Shown here in pieces: positions 29,252-44,000 of a stretch of 64,000 nt of DNA; within the stretch, counting starts at the first letter, position 1, and each line of letters opens with the position of its first letter. The DNA comes from Eledone cirrhosa (taxonomy: Eukaryota): the NCBI GenBank assembly GCA_964016885.1, contig OZ024745.1, positions 84,010,001 through 84,074,000 on the forward strand. The letters run 5' to 3'. The notes under the pieces were generated by a model. It searched no databases. It was not told where the DNA came from and saw only the letters and a program-made list of their open reading frames with translations. The translations under genes and the position numbers were made by a program.

Positions 29252-30275
29252 CAGAGAGAGGGAGGGAGAGGGGGGGGAGGGAGGGGGAGAGAAAAAGAAA
29301 GAAAGACAGATATAGGTATGCAACAAGATAGTGTCAAGGGGTTTAATCCTATTGATGAGATAATCATCCAAGCGACATTTTTCTGTTTAGTTGGACATAC
29401 ACTGCGACATGCTATATTGCACAATTTCATAGAAAACGCAATGACCTATGTATGGCGTCTATGACCAGGCTGTGCAAATTAACTTACAAATACATTATTT
29501 ACAGCACATATATTATGTGAAGTCGCATGGCTTAATGGTTTAAGAACGGGCTTGCAATCGAGAGGTTGTGAGTTCGATTCTCGGTACCGGGCTTTGCGTT
29601 GTATTCTTGAGAAAGACACGGAGTTCCAGTTCACTCAATTGTAGAAATCAGTTGCGACATTACTAGTGCCAAGCTGTATCGACCTTAGCCTTTCCCTTGG
29701 ACAACGTCAGTGAAATGGAAAGGGGAGGCTAGTATGCATGGACGACTGCTAGTCTTCCACAAACAATGGTGCCCAGATATGTGCCATGGTCATTCGTGAA
29801 CGAAAGGGTTTTTACCATTCATTATATCATATTATATTATATAAGGGTGGTGGATTGGCAGTATCGGTAGAGGTTCGGACGCCATGCTTTGCAGCAAAGA
29901 GTTACGGCCCTTTATGATCTGAGTTCAAATCCCGCCGAGGTTCACTTTGCCTTTCATCCTTACGGGGTCGATAAAATAAAGTACCAGTAATGTACTGAGT
30001 AATTGCTGGCCTTGTTCCAAAGGTAGAAACAATTATACCATATTATATTATAAAACATATATATAGATATCATTCATGTGTATATGTGTAAGCGCGTATA
30101 TTATACGGTCCTACTCATTTAGAAGTAAAATCTATATGAAATAAAATTCTATCTTCTCTACCAATGTATTGAGTGCTTTATTCAGCTTCGTTCTTTTTTT
30201 TTCGTTCCTATTCTTAATAATACATATATATGTATATATACATATGCATATATATATATATATATATATACATAA

Positions 30276-30329
<54 letters not shown>

Positions 30330-30337
<8 letters not shown>

Positions 30338-30480
30338 ATACTTTGGGAGGATCATGTTGCCAATAAGAAACTGGTGCGTGTGTTTCTTATTGGCAACATG
30401 ACCCTCCCAAAGTATAACAATATCGGTTTCAACACACGTTTTCAGATAAAGAATCTGGCTAAACAAATTCAGAAACGAAA
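30330..30480 (+). mobile_element. Short fold-back cassette (family Y) in (TA)n; relatives at 4830-4980 and 37035-37415
   Basis: Arms tattgttatactttgggagg..gaaac / gtttc..cctcccaaagtataacaata plus ~57-bp tail. Confidence 0.6.
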
Positions 30481-30485
30481 TATAT

Positions 30486-30549
<64 letters not shown>

Positions 30550-30556
<7 letters not shown>

Positions 30557-31918
30557 TAACAGATTAAAGTTTAAGCAAAGAATCGCTGCTTTCACCCTTA
30601 ACGGGATCTTCTGAAACTAAAAAAAATCAATCTGTGGACGCAGAAGTAAATATTTCGAAAAAAGTTGCAACCGAAGGAAGACAGGAAGACGATAGTTTGG
30701 TTCGGGGAGGCGTTCGCTGGCAAAGAACGGAAAAAACAACGAAGATAATACGTCATTATTTGGAGCGAAGAACAATTACACGCAAAGACAAAACCATGTT
30801 TATGGTATAAATGAAGTCGTAGACTAATATTCTATTTAGGAGGTTTGTGGAGACGTTCCTGGCAATGAACGGAAAAAAACGAAGATAAAACGTCATTATA
30901 TGGAACGAAGAACAATTACACGCAAAGACATAACCATGTTTATGGTATAAATGAAGTCGTAGACTAAAATTCTATTTAGGAAACCAAATGATTCTCGGCT
31001 TCTGAGTTAAGAATAATGTAAATAACTTACAGAGGTTATTGAAATCATTTATATATATATATTAAATATATACATGCACGCATCCATATACGTACATACA
31101 CATGCATACGCGAAAACACCCGCCATGGGTCGGACGCCTAGCTTTGCAGCACAGTAACGTCCCTTTACGGACTGAGTTCAAATCCCGCCGAGGTTAACTT
31201 TGCCTTTCATCCTTACGGGGTCGATAAAATAAAGTACCAGTAATGTATTGGGTAATTGCTGGCCATGTGCCAAAAGTAGAAACAATTATACCATATTATA
31301 CTATAAAACATATATATAGTGGTGTATACCTTCGTATGTGTGCAGGTACAGGCGTTGCGTGGGTTTTTGTATGTGTGCGCGTGCTTTTGTGTACGGGCTT
31401 GTATTTGCATACCCATGGCGGGTGTTTTCGCGTATGCATGTGTATGTACGTATATGGATGCGTGCATGTATATATTTAATTATTGTTGATTTCAATAACC
31501 TCTGTAATTTATTTACATTATTCTTAACTCTGAAGCCGAGAATCATTCGGTTTCCTAAATAGAATTTTAGTCTACGACTTCAGTTATACCATAAACATGG
31601 TTTTGTCTTTGCGTGTAATTGTTCTCCCGCTCCAAATAATGACATATCTTCGTTTTTTTTCCATTCTTTGCCAGGGAACGCCTCCACCAACCAAAGTATC
31701 GTCTTCCTGTCTTCTTTCGGTTGCAACCTTTTTCGAAATATTTACTTCTGCGTCCAGAGATTGATTTTTTTTTAGTTTCAGAAGATTCCGTTAAGGGTGA
31801 AAGCTTAAACTTTAATCTGTTATTTTAATAAATATTTGCTCTACCGTTCTTATATATTTGATATATATTTATCCTTATCGAGCCCTCTTTAGATTTTAGT
31901 CTTCAAATTTATTATTAC

Positions 31919-31920
<2 letters not shown>
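30550..31920 (+). mobile_element. Large fold-back cassette (family X): arms 30550-31128 / 31412-31829, SINE in the spacer, ~90-bp tail, in (TA)n
   Basis: Arms are reverse complements (left arm has a ~130-bp internal duplication); hammerhead motif at the outer end of each arm. Confidence 0.75.
30560..30634 (-). ncRNA. Type I hammerhead ribozyme motif (best-preserved family X copy)
   Basis: cagattga..agttt-CAGAAGA-tccc gttaa gggt-GAAA-gcag..ttgc-TT-aaact-ttaatctg. Confidence 0.65.
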
Positions 31921-31967
<47 letters not shown>

Positions 31968-32135
31968 CATATAGAAAGTGTAGTAAGGAACCAGGTGGAC
32001 CATAACGCACCAGAGGACTCGATACTTAGGGAAGTAGAGTGGGTAATAGTATTGTACCAGAATACTACGGGTTTAGTTCGGATATAGCTGTGAAAACGGC
32101 CGGAGCTCAGCCGTCAGGGTCCTGACTCTTTTCCC

Positions 32136-32188
<53 letters not shown>

Positions 32189-32250
32189 AACATTACATAT
32201 ATACATATATATTTATATACATTTAGATATATGTACATATACATATAACT

Positions 32251-32299
<49 letters not shown>

Positions 32300-32302
32300 A
32301 CT

Positions 32303-32340
<38 letters not shown>

Positions 32341-32427
32341 AGTTATATGTATATGTATATATATCTAAATGTATATAAATATATATGTATATATGTAATG
32401 TTTATGTGTATATATATATACGTATAT

Positions 32428-32935
32428 TTATTAAAATAACAGATTAAAGTTTAAGCAAAGAATCGCTGCTTTGAACCTTAACGGGATCTTCTGAAACTAA
32501 CAAAGTCAATCTGTAAACGCAGAACTGGATATTTCAAAAAACGTTGCAACCGGAGGAAGACAGGAAGACGATACTTTGGTTCGTGGAAACGTTCGCTGGT
32601 GAAGAACGGGAAAAAACGAATAATACGTCATTAATAGGAGCGGTGAAAAACAATTACGCGCAAAGACAGAACCACGTTTATGGTATAAAAGAGGTCGTAG
32701 ACTAATGTCCTCTTAGGTGGTGCATAGAGACGTTCTCTGGCAATGAACGAAAAAACGAAGATAATACGTCATATGTGGAGCGTGGAGAACAATAGCACGC
32801 AAAGACAAAACCATGTAAATGGTATAGCAGAAGTCGTAGACTAAAATTCTAACTAGGAGACCAAATGAATCTCCGCTACAGAGTTAAGAACAAAGTAAAT
32901 AAATACAATACAGAAGTAATAAATAAATACATACA
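32428..32935 (-). mobile_element. Family X pLTR copy in inverted orientation just upstream of the Naiad-type ORF
   Basis: Homologous to 30550-31045; hammerhead at 32440-32513 has GAAA changed to CAAA. Confidence 0.75.
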
Positions 32936-33099
32936 CGCAAACAAAAACGTACATATTCCTTTACTTATTTGTATAGGTATGTATATACTACCCGTATGTT
33001 TTGTGAAGGTACGTATACCTTCTCGTACGTATATTTGATTGCTATGGCGTATAATTTTATATGTTCTGGTACATAGGGTTCGGCTATGTGTATACGGGA

Positions 33100-34573
33100 G
33101 CTTTTGCCCTACCAATGACCCGAGGACTCAATAACAGCCAACTGAATAGAATACACAAACGACTTAGGTACATCTTTAAGACCCAAGGTTTAGCAGTAGA
33201 AATTGAACTTAGCAATAGGAGAGTTAACTTCTTAGACGTCACCCTAGAATTAGACTCAGGCCTCTACCGTCCATACCACAAGCCTAATGAAAATCTTAGA
33301 TACGTCAATAGACACTCCAACCACCCTAAGAGCATAATTAACTCTATAGTTAAAAGCGTCTCCAACAGAGTGTCCACACTGTCGGCTAACGAAAACATCT
33401 TCAAGCAGCACGCGGAATACTATGACTCCGCACTTATAAACGCTGGTTATACTGAGAAGATTTCTTACATCGACCCAAATAGAACCGTAACACAGCTAAA
33501 CATAGCAGGACCCTTAGAAACGAACTTAGAAGAAACCTCCACACATAGGACACACAATAACCTTAGACGCCCCCTAGCCGGCAGCGCAGATAGCACCACA
33601 CATAACTGTCTAGGAGATAAAGCTATACTCTCTAGCCCCAATAACAACTCCGACTATCGCACACATTTGCGTACCAATAGAGACAAGGGACATAACGCCA
33701 ATAGATTACCTGGAGCCTATTTAAAACATACGCCTGACCAAAACACACACAAACTCACTAAACAACGCATAAACCGAAGTGGACCTGTCAAGTAGTATAA
33801 CCCCCCTTATTCTATACACGTCGCCACTAACATACCGGGAACCTTTTTCAGGGCTCTCGAACAATCTTTTCCACACACACACAAATACCACAAATTCTTC
33901 AATAAACACACCGTAAAATTCTCTTTCTCCACAGCACCAAACCTAGGCCACACAATAGCACACAATAATAGGGCAAAAATACAAAAACACATGGTTTCCC
34001 CTCATCAAACCACCACCACAACCCAGAACGAAACCACACACACAACACAACAACACACACACCACACCAACACCGCACGACAACAACCGCCACCGTTGCA
34101 CCGCACCGGTTACACCCAAATGCAACTGCAAAAAACGAGACGAATGCCCACTAAACGGAGAGTGCCTCGTTAAGAATATTGTTTACCGGTGCGATGTCAC
34201 AGCCGGCAATAAGGAGCACTCATATATAGGTGCGACATCCACTACGTTTAAGGAGCGCTGGGATAACCACAGAAGCTCCTTCAAACATAGATCGAAACGA
34301 CCCCAAACAAAACTGGCCGATCTCATCTGGGACCTCAAGGACAGGAATATTGAACCCCGGATTTCGTGGTCAGTAAAAAGACGAGTGGTATACATCCTCA
34401 GTGACAGAAACCACTGCAGATTATGCCTAGCTGAGGCGGCGGAAATAATTAAACTTGATTCCGCCATAAACTATAGGTCGGACATAATTGTCAATTGCAG
34501 ACACACTAGGATGCACACCTTTTCTGCACAAACTTTCGCGGGAGGACCACGCACTAACCATGACCCACCATAA
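33100..34573 (+). pseudogene. PLE polyprotein remnant: RT thumb, linker, CNC/CPxxGxC finger, GIY-YIG endonuclease
   Basis: VNFLDVTL..YRPYHKPN..SNHP; TAG (for W) at 33793 then YNPPYS..TNI; one frameshift then CNCKKRDECPLNGEC..VY..YIG..FKERW.NH..CRLCLAE..N.RSD..CRH (hand-translated). Confidence 0.88.
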
Positions 34574-35845
34574 TAATAACCACAGCTGCCCCGTATCACC
34601 ATCGCCCATCTCAACGAACTTTAATTATAATCTAACTTCACTTTACCTTATTTCATTGCATTGAATTTAACCACATGTAAGCCCGTATGTTATATATCAT
34701 GCCGCATACATAACCGACACCAAAAATCACACTAACCATGACACTATATTAATAACCACCTATACCTCGTCTCAACATCGCCCACCTCAATGAACTTATT
34801 GTTTTATACTCCATGTAACCATTTCTAAGCCCGCATTTGTATATCATGCCGCACACATCACCATCACCACCACCAAAATTCACATCAACATACACACCTC
34901 ATCGTTGCAACATCGTATTAGATCGGTATCCTATGATACGTTCTACCTTGCAATCCACAATGACAAGCGACCATGTAAATACAATGTCGATCATATCACA
35001 CCATCGCTACCACCACCACACCACACATCGTCATATGCCTACCATACACGCCTACAACCTCATCCCCCCATGTTCCCTCTATCTACCCTAACCTACAACC
35101 CCACGCTAAATTCGACCCTGTAATTGTACTGTCGCACGCACACACAACCACCACCACCACTAGATACATCCACATACTTCAACAATCATTATCATTAACA
35201 TCATCAACACATATCATCCCTCGCTCCCAGATCGACTGTATTATATATCCCCCGCCCCCGTCTGCCTACCCTATAACACACCGTAACCTCTGATCATGTA
35301 ATCATCTTGTCGAACATATCACCCCAGCACCGCCACAATACACATCGCTGTACGTCCATAAACGCTTCTCCCCCGCGTTCCCTATGTCACCTTTTAAACG
35401 ATATTCGATCCGGTATATATATTTTTGTCCCTCACAACTCCACCACCACCACCACCACCACAAAACACAACACCATACTTCATCAACACGGACAACACAT
35501 ACCTCCACTCCCCAACCAACAATAGTGTGTGTGTCTGTGTGTAAGTATTTTTACCGATACGGGCGTTTAAGTGTGCGTGCGTTTACGCATACTTATATGT
35601 ATGTGTGTGTGTGAACACATGTGTATACATATATCTATATGTGTGTATGTATATATCTGTATATATATATATGTACGTGTATGCGTATGTGTATGTGTGT
35701 GTATATTTGTATGTGTATGTACGTGTGTGTATGTGTACGTCTACATATACATATATGTATATGGGTGAATCTGACTGTATGTGTAGGTGAGCTCGTATAT
35801 GTGCATGTATGTGTATATGTGCGTGTATGTGTGTGTTGGCTGTAC

Positions 35846-35897
<52 letters not shown>

Positions 35898-36681
35898 ATA
35901 CGTGTGTGTGAGTGTGTATGTGTATATTTTGCATACATGAGTGTGAGTCCATATGTATGTATGTGTATGTATATATGTAAAACAACTTCTACATTGCCTC
36001 TCGCCTTCCCCCCATCTCTGTCGTTCGCCACCCCCACCGATATTCACCCACTCTTCATATTCGTGCCCGCATGCGCGCATGCACATACATGTGTGTACAT
36101 ATACATATGGCTGTGTATGAGCGTGTGTCGATATGTGTGGGCAAGGATGTGCGTATGTGTTTTGTGTTGTGTGTGTTTATACAACAATATATGTGCACAT
36201 ATATACATATATGTGCGTGCGTATACGTATATACAAAGTATCTGTCAGACGAAGAGCGTCTAGCTATGTATCTATGTAAGGACCTTGACGACACCAATAC
36301 ATCAACCACACCACCACAAACGCCGCTACCATAGACAACGGCACCACTTCCACACCCCCACACACACGCCAACCCGTCTACTGACAATCAACTAACCTCA
36401 TACCACAGCCATCCCACTAAATAACCTTAACCACCACCATATCATCACATCCACCCCTACATACTCTACACGCCAAGGCCAACCCACCACCACCACACCA
36501 CAGCCCGCCTCATCCACCGACCGTCACCAACATCTCACCATCACACCCACCCCCATATACAATACAGGCCACTACATCGCTTTGATCCTTCCCACCAATC
36601 AAAACAACTCATTTTGTCAAACTCTTGAAACTCTGACTTTACCACATAGCATGTATTTCATTTTCTTATATCATTTTAAGA

Positions 36682-36768
36682 GGGTCCGTCGAGATGCTGA
36701 TTATTGAGTCGGGTAGGATCGATATAAATCGAACCTTGAGCTGATCAGTGGCGAAACGCGCGTCACCT
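36682..36768 (+). ncRNA. Decayed minimal type I hammerhead motif at PLE 3' end
   Basis: gggt-CCGTCGA-[long stem II]-GAAACGCGCGTC-acct; two substitutions relative to CTGANGA. Confidence 0.5.
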
Positions 36769-36916
36769 ATCAATAAATGCAATGAAGGAATAATCAATCG
36801 TCCTTTTTATCCTTTCTATATTTTACATTATGTATAGCTCTACACATCACAGAAGTGAACCTAAACATCGAGTGCTCACCCGGGTGAACCTGCAGTAACT
36901 CCTAGTTACACCCACT

Positions 36917-37014
<98 letters not shown>

Positions 37015-37416
37015 ACATATATATATATATACATGAATTTGTTTTGCGAGGTTTTTGAAATCGTGTGTCAAAACAGATATTGTTATACTAGGGGAAGGCT
37101 ATATTGTTGTAATAATTGTTTCTACTTTGGGCACAAGGCCAGCAATTATTCAGTGTATTACTGGTACTTTATTTTATCGACCCCATAAGGATGAAAGGCA
37201 AAGTTAACCTCGGCGGGATTTGAACTCAGAATGACAAGGGCCGTAACTATGCGTCAAAGCATGGCGTCCGACCCTCTACCGATTGCCAGAAATAATAACA
37301 GAACACTCACTGTTTGGTTGGTTTTCGATTCTGTATCTTTTATATCTCCATCGTTAATTCCTTCGGCAATCAATGTTTATCATTGATTGACCAACGGTCA
37401 AAAATAAAAATACAGG

Positions 37417-37461
<45 letters not shown>

Positions 37462-37559
37462 AACAAAGTTCTTTCGTTGCACATCTGCAACATCATCAGT
37501 GGTACTATTATGTTTCCTCCTGTTGTATTGTATGTCTACGCCATTTTACGAAAAAGTAA

Positions 37560-37620
<61 letters not shown>

Positions 37621-37949
37621 AAAGTATGTCCATAGAATCATTTGATAAGATATATACACCATCTCCTCTCCCAATCAGCATAATCAACCACACAAAAAAC
37701 AATTAAACCAGGCTATAAGATTAAAAGTCATCTATGAAGAAACAATAGATAAATAAATGACAGCCATCTATTCGTGATTCGCTATAGAATATTTACCTAG
37801 CATTTAAATAGCACGTGGAAATCGATTAAATATATCGTCAACCATACACAATTAGGTATAAAATTAAAGTTAGAAGAAAAAATGTATATAAACATACCAA
37901 GAATATATATACATATATATGTGTATATATATATATATTTGTGTGTGTG

Positions 37950-38071
<122 letters not shown>

Positions 38072-39525
38072 CGCGCGCGTGCGTATGTGTGTACGTGTGT
38101 GTATGTGTACATACGCTAAATATTGATGCAATTCAATTGAAGAGCTCAACGTAATTTTTCCACGTAGGAATGACGGTGTATATTTAGAATAAGAAAATGG
38201 AAAATGTGAAGTAGTTTCAAATGCTAAAGTCCTTTATTGATAAGGCCAGGATACATATTTCAATGACGACAGTGGCCACGCGATTCTGTGTAGTACCCAG
38301 TGCCATGATCTTATCAGACAGCTTCTTACGTAATAAGGTTACAATTAGGAGGTAATCCAAAATTGAAGCGATAAGGGAACGGACAAAGGTGATGTTCTTG
38401 GAGCCTTCGCCGGTTCCCTATATATATATAATTAAGAATGTCTTTTCCGCAGAGGACCGGAAAGAAAGCACGGTTAAATAAGGAGCTCAATGCATTAATA
38501 GAGAAGATACATATTTATTTTATATAAAAACGCCTTCTAATGGACTAGAACTGTTCAGGAATGTCAAGCAGGAAATCGCTGGAATGTTTTTCTCCGGGAG
38601 ATTTCCTACTCCTATATTTCTCTATTTTATTATATCTATGATGATACACGAGTTATGTGAAATTACTGGCACTCGGTTAGTTACGACGACGAGTATTCCA
38701 GTTGATACTATTAAAGGAACCGCCTGCTCATGAAAGTAACCTGCGAGTGGCTCAGAATTCCACAAACACGCGTACCCTTAACGTAGTTCCCAGGGTGATT
38801 CAATGTGACACCGAAGGTGACAATTCATTTTTGCCAGCTGGGTACACGAGAGAAAAGTGAAATAAAGGGTGTTGCTCAAGGACACAATGCGCCGCCGGGA
38901 ATCGAACTCAAAAGCTTACGATCGGGAGCTAAATACCTGAGCACTAAGCCCACATGCCTTATCTATGAAATTAAGTGTTAAAATAAAATCAATTTAATTC
39001 TAAATTATATATATATTTCTATATACTAATCCTATATATTAATAAAGGCGCTTAAGCGAAATTCTTGCCATTTCCTTATTTTATATTACTCCTATTGAAC
39101 GTGTTAAACTAATAAGATATTCATAATTATCTTCACCATTCTTGTATATTTACGGTTTTATTGCTCTGTGCACCTGAATTCATACAACATTCCGAATTGG
39201 GCTATGTTCAACCCACCATAACCACTGCACACAGAAGAATTCCCTCATTTTACACTGCCTGATAATATATGCAGTTTACGAAACAGAACCTTCTGTAGCG
39301 GAAAACTTACTACGGGGTATGTGCATGCATATTTTTTTTAGATCATGAATTAGAATCTCACTCTATAGACTTATATCACCACTCGAAATAATTCAGAATT
39401 TATATGAATATTTGCTGAGCACTTTGGGGGAAAGTATCAATCTCACACTAAATATATACTCTGTGAGATAGCTATGCGTATTATTACAGAGGACATATAT
39501 ACATACATGCATACATACATACATA

Positions 39526-40443
39526 CAAGAACAGGAAATCAACACGAAATGCCTGATTCATAAAAGAGATAGGGATGCAGGCAAAACACGTAGATATGAC
39601 AAGTGCAGAATCTGCAGAATTAACATCGAAGATGTTACCCTTGTCATAAGCAGGTGACCATAGATGTCATCTCGGTACTATCTACCTATGAGGCATGATG
39701 TAGTGGCCAAAATACTGTACAATGCAATCCGTAGAAAAGATAGCCCCGATAATAAACACATTAAAAGCTACAGCAATGTGGAAGACATCCATATACATAA
39801 TATGAAAGGGTACTGGTGGAATGTTCCAGTAAAAACCCCAATAAAATGCAAGCATAACAGACCAAATATAATTATATGGGACAGTGAAAAGAAGGCATGC
39901 ACAGTAGGGGAAGTCAGCTGTTCAGCAGATGCCAATATAATATTAAAGATTAGCGAAAAGGAGAATATTTATGCAGAACTAATGAGGAATCTGCAGATAC
40001 TCCACCCTGACTATACTTTCAGATTTATAGCTGTGATTATTGGGGCACTGGGATATGTTAGTGACTGTCTCAGTACAAATCTTGAGGAACTGGGTATCAC
40101 AGAAACAGAAAGAACACGACTAGTTAGGAAATTACAAGTACAATCCATTAATGGTTCAGTAAAAATATGTAAAACATTCCAAACTTTCTGCATGTAATAA
40201 CTGCATATACACATGCCCAGATACAAAGCAGATGCACATGCACACATATAATTCAAAACATACTAATACTCGCATACAATAACATCCATACCTGCACACA
40301 CACGTACGGATACAGACATGCAGACATGCAGACATATCTACCTAGTTGATGTTGTCTAAATTCCAATGAAAGAGACGTGTGTCTATGTTAGAAACCGACT
40401 CTCTCTATTGGTAAAAATTTATAAAATTCTAAAACCAGAAGAA
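39526..40443 (+). mobile_element. 5'-truncated copy of the R4/Dong element (RLE domain + 3' UTR)
   Basis: ORF 39664-40197 (RHDVVAK..WWN..NRPNIIIWD..IIGALG) is homologous to 12120-12767; same 3' end accagaagaa; (TACA)n on both sides. Confidence 0.92.
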
Positions 40444-41020
40444 TGTACATACATACATGTAATTGCCTAGATGATGTCTAAATTCCAAAGAAAAAGTTGT
40501 TTCTATGGTAGAAATCGTATCGTTCTACAACATACATACGTGACTGTGTATGAGAGTGTGTGTTTCAGAGTGTGTGAAGACACAGGGCTTAGCGGTTAGG
40601 GTGCTTGCTCACGGTGGTATACACCTTCTTTCACTTTTTTTCCGGCTCACAGAGCTGGAAGAAATGAGTTGAAACTAATTCAAGGGGGTCAACCTTGCTA
40701 GACTTTTTTGTCACGCTGAAACCTCATAAAAATTGCGTGAGGGGTGTACATAAATAGATAGATATATAGATAGATATATAGATAGATTTCTTTATTAGCC
40801 ACAAGGGCGCACAAGAAAAGGGGACAATACAAAGACATGCCGGGGATTTTACATGCAGTCGTGTAAAAAATATAAAAACAAACAATTACAACAATCGAAA
40901 TCCCCAATAGGGGGGAGGCGCCACAAATGGGTTGTTTAATACCCCGTCGATAGAACAACCCTCAACTCCAGGAGCGTGTTGTGCAAGTGCTCCTTTCTTC
41001 CTTTTGCTCTCTTCCTCAAC

Positions 41021-44000
41021 CTACAGGCTTATAAACAGAGAAGGCCCAATCACTCGGGACATTTTCGTTTCATTCACCCACCTATCAGTAAATTTACTGG
41101 GGTGCAGTGCCTCTCTTTCCACTCTGATTCTCCTCCTAAATTGATACTTAAAGAAGGAATCAATTGTTGTCCGGAGAGAAAGGCATCTGTCCTCAGTCCT
41201 CTCAGCCTCGTCCACCATATAACTTCTTTCACCATAGCCACCGTACAGAGGAAAACCGCCTCTCTTTCGTTTTTGAAAGAGGCTGGCGGTTTTTGAAAGA
41301 GGCTGGCGGTTTTTGAAAGAGGCTGGCGGTTTGATCCTTACTATGGACTCGCCAGTCAACTGGATTTGTCCCATACGCGACAGAATTTGTTCTGCATAGT
41401 TCCACAGGTCGGTTACGGTCGGGCAGTGTACAATTGCGTGCAGGACTGTTTCAATGTCCTGCGCACATCTTGGACACGTCCTCTTGGAAGGATCCCTGCC
41501 GGGGCGTCCGTGTCTGTAGATCTTGTCACGAACCGGTAGAGCTGCTCGGTAGCACTTCCAGGAAGTTGTCCATAGGTCCCGGGCGGAAAGTCCTACCAAA
41601 CAGACTGGTGAGCTCATCGTCTTCGACGCCCAGAGTCTCTCCGAGCACGTCGTCGCCCTTGTAACGTACAATCCCTCTATAGAATGTCGAAGTGGAGTCT
41701 CCACTGATTGCTGCTCCCGCTTGCCAGAGGACTGTGAGCGCCTGAGCGCATTAAATGTGCCAGGCGCCCATCGTTTTCGGTCTTTTCTTCACCCAGGACT
41801 GCAGCTCCGTCAGCGAAACGAGCTGTGGGAAAGGCTATCTCACAAACGGTGCCCACACCGGTTGGGTGTCGGTGAGGAATACCTGGAGATGCCGCAGCCT
41901 CATCGCATGTTTGCGCATCATCAACCACGGCATTCCCAGCCCTCCGTTGGAAGGGTGCTGACGGCAGACGGATCTCCTCACCAGCGGAGCCTGCTTCTTC
42001 CACAGAAACTGGAAGAGCATGCGTTCCATCTTGGGGAGGTGTTCACGGGGACAAGGCACGACAGTCAAGCGGTAGTAGAGGACGGACGCTATGAAAGTGT
42101 TCGCCACCTCCGCTCGACCTTTCAAGGACAGTTTGCACTCTGCCCACTTCTGGGTGAGTACAAACACCTTGGCCGTGATTTCGTTCCAGTTTTTCTCCAT
42201 CTGGAGGTCTCGACCGAACCAGACCCCGAGCAATTTCACCGGTCTGTCCGTCCAGCGTCCAACGACGCTGTCGGACGTCATCGGTTTGCCTCTCCACGTA
42301 CCAAGTTGCAAACCAACAGACTTGTCCGGGTTTAGTTTTGCTCCCGCCAGCGTTTCGTATTCTTTCAGTAAGTTGACGATCACCCCGATTTCGGAGGTGC
42401 TCGACACCATTACCGTCACGTCGTCGGCATAAGCCGACACCGCTTTGCGCAGTCCCGGTTCTAGAGGGATGACCTGCAACAGCCCCAATTTCCGCAGTAG
42501 TGGCTCTAGAGTCATACAGAATGGAGGAGAGAGGGCACCCCTGTCGAGTGGAACGCGTGATTGCGAACGGCTCCGATAGGTAGCTATTCACCTTGACCCT
42601 CGAGCAGATGCTGGTGTGCATCACTTCGATCCATCCTGTGAACACGGGACCGAAACCGGCCGCCTTGAGAACCGCTTCCCAGTATCGATGGTCGACCCTA
42701 TCGAATGCCTTAGACTGATCCAAGTTGATCAGAGCCCCACCGAAGCCGGGTTTACTACCCACCCTCTCTATGATGTATCGCATGAGGTGGAGTTTGTCGT
42801 GTATGGACCTGGTCGGGATTGCACACGTTTGCACTTTCCCTACCAGGTTCTCGACGACAAGCGCCAACGTCGTCGCTAGCACCTTGGCCAAAATCTTTAA
42901 CTCTGTGTTGAGCAGAGTTATGGGCCTGAAGTTGTTAATTTCGTGCCCCTTGTTCTTGTCTTTCCTGGTCAGCGTTACTACGCCCTTGCCTGCAGAACTG
43001 GGAATTCTCCCGTTCTGCTGCCAATTGCAGTAGACGGTTCGAGGACGCCAGAGAACTAGTCCGGCATGCCTATGTAAAATTCGTAGGGTAGACCATCTAG
43101 ACCGGGTGACTTGCGTTTCCCGCAGCGGCCCAGAGCGTCCCGTATCTCAGTGTTCGTGATCGGTCTTTCGCATAACTCGGCGCCCGTGTTCGAGAGATGC
43201 GGCAGGCCGTCGAGGTATGAACTAAAGTCCATTGCCCCGTTCGGCTCACCGTCGTTTTGCTCAAACAGTCGCGCAAATCGCCGCTGAAAGGCCGCGCACT
43301 TTTGCTTGGGGTCAAGTAGCACGCGTCCGTTTTGGTCGTTCAAAGACCGAATCGTGGACTTGTTGCCACTTTTTGCCTCCGCCACTCGGGCCCAGCTGAC
43401 AGCTTTCGCTCCTTCGTTTCCTAGAGCACGTGTTTTGCTTCTGACCACGCAGCCTTCGTGTTTCGCATCGAAGAACTGGTCCAGTGCCGTTCTCGACGCT
43501 AACACTCTAGCCGCGTTGCCACTTCTAAGTGCCTCCTCTACCTTGGCTACTAGTTCTCTTTCTATTCTGTTTTTCTCTAAGGCTAACTCTCTGCTATACC
43601 CTATCGATTCTATTCTAATTGCTTTCTTGAGAGATTACCACCATCTATTGTTGACGATAGCTCCCGTTAACTAGCGGATAAGTAGACTAGCTTGACTAGT
43701 CTACTTATCCGTTCACTGTAAGCTTTACGTGCCGGCAACGACACGTTCAGCCTCCAGTATCCAGCACCCTGTCTATGTATTCTATCACGGTTGACTAAGC
43801 AGACGACTAACTTGTGATCTGAATAGGCAACCATGTGCATTCGTGGACAGCTTAACATCTCCTTGTCCCTTTCTCTAATGAAGAACCTATCTAAATATGA
43901 TCTAGATGTCCCACTGCGGTTTGCCCACGTCCACTGTGGTGCAGTCGGGAAATCCAGTCGATACCTATCGGCCAGTTGGTATTGGCCGATTAAAGTTTTG

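Larger units (their letters stand above)
33100..36918 (+). mobile_element. 5'-truncated Naiad-type Penelope-like retroelement with long CA-rich 3' UTR
   Basis: ORF remnant 33100-34573, decayed hammerhead 36682-36768, AATAAA at 36772, tail ending in (TA)n. Confidence 0.8.

Noticed and set aside
33100-36770. Selenoprotein/SECIS, as reported for some Naiad elements
   Set aside because: Conserved Cys codons read here are TGC and the only in-frame stop seen is TAG at a Trp position; the 3' hairpin fits hammerhead stem II better.
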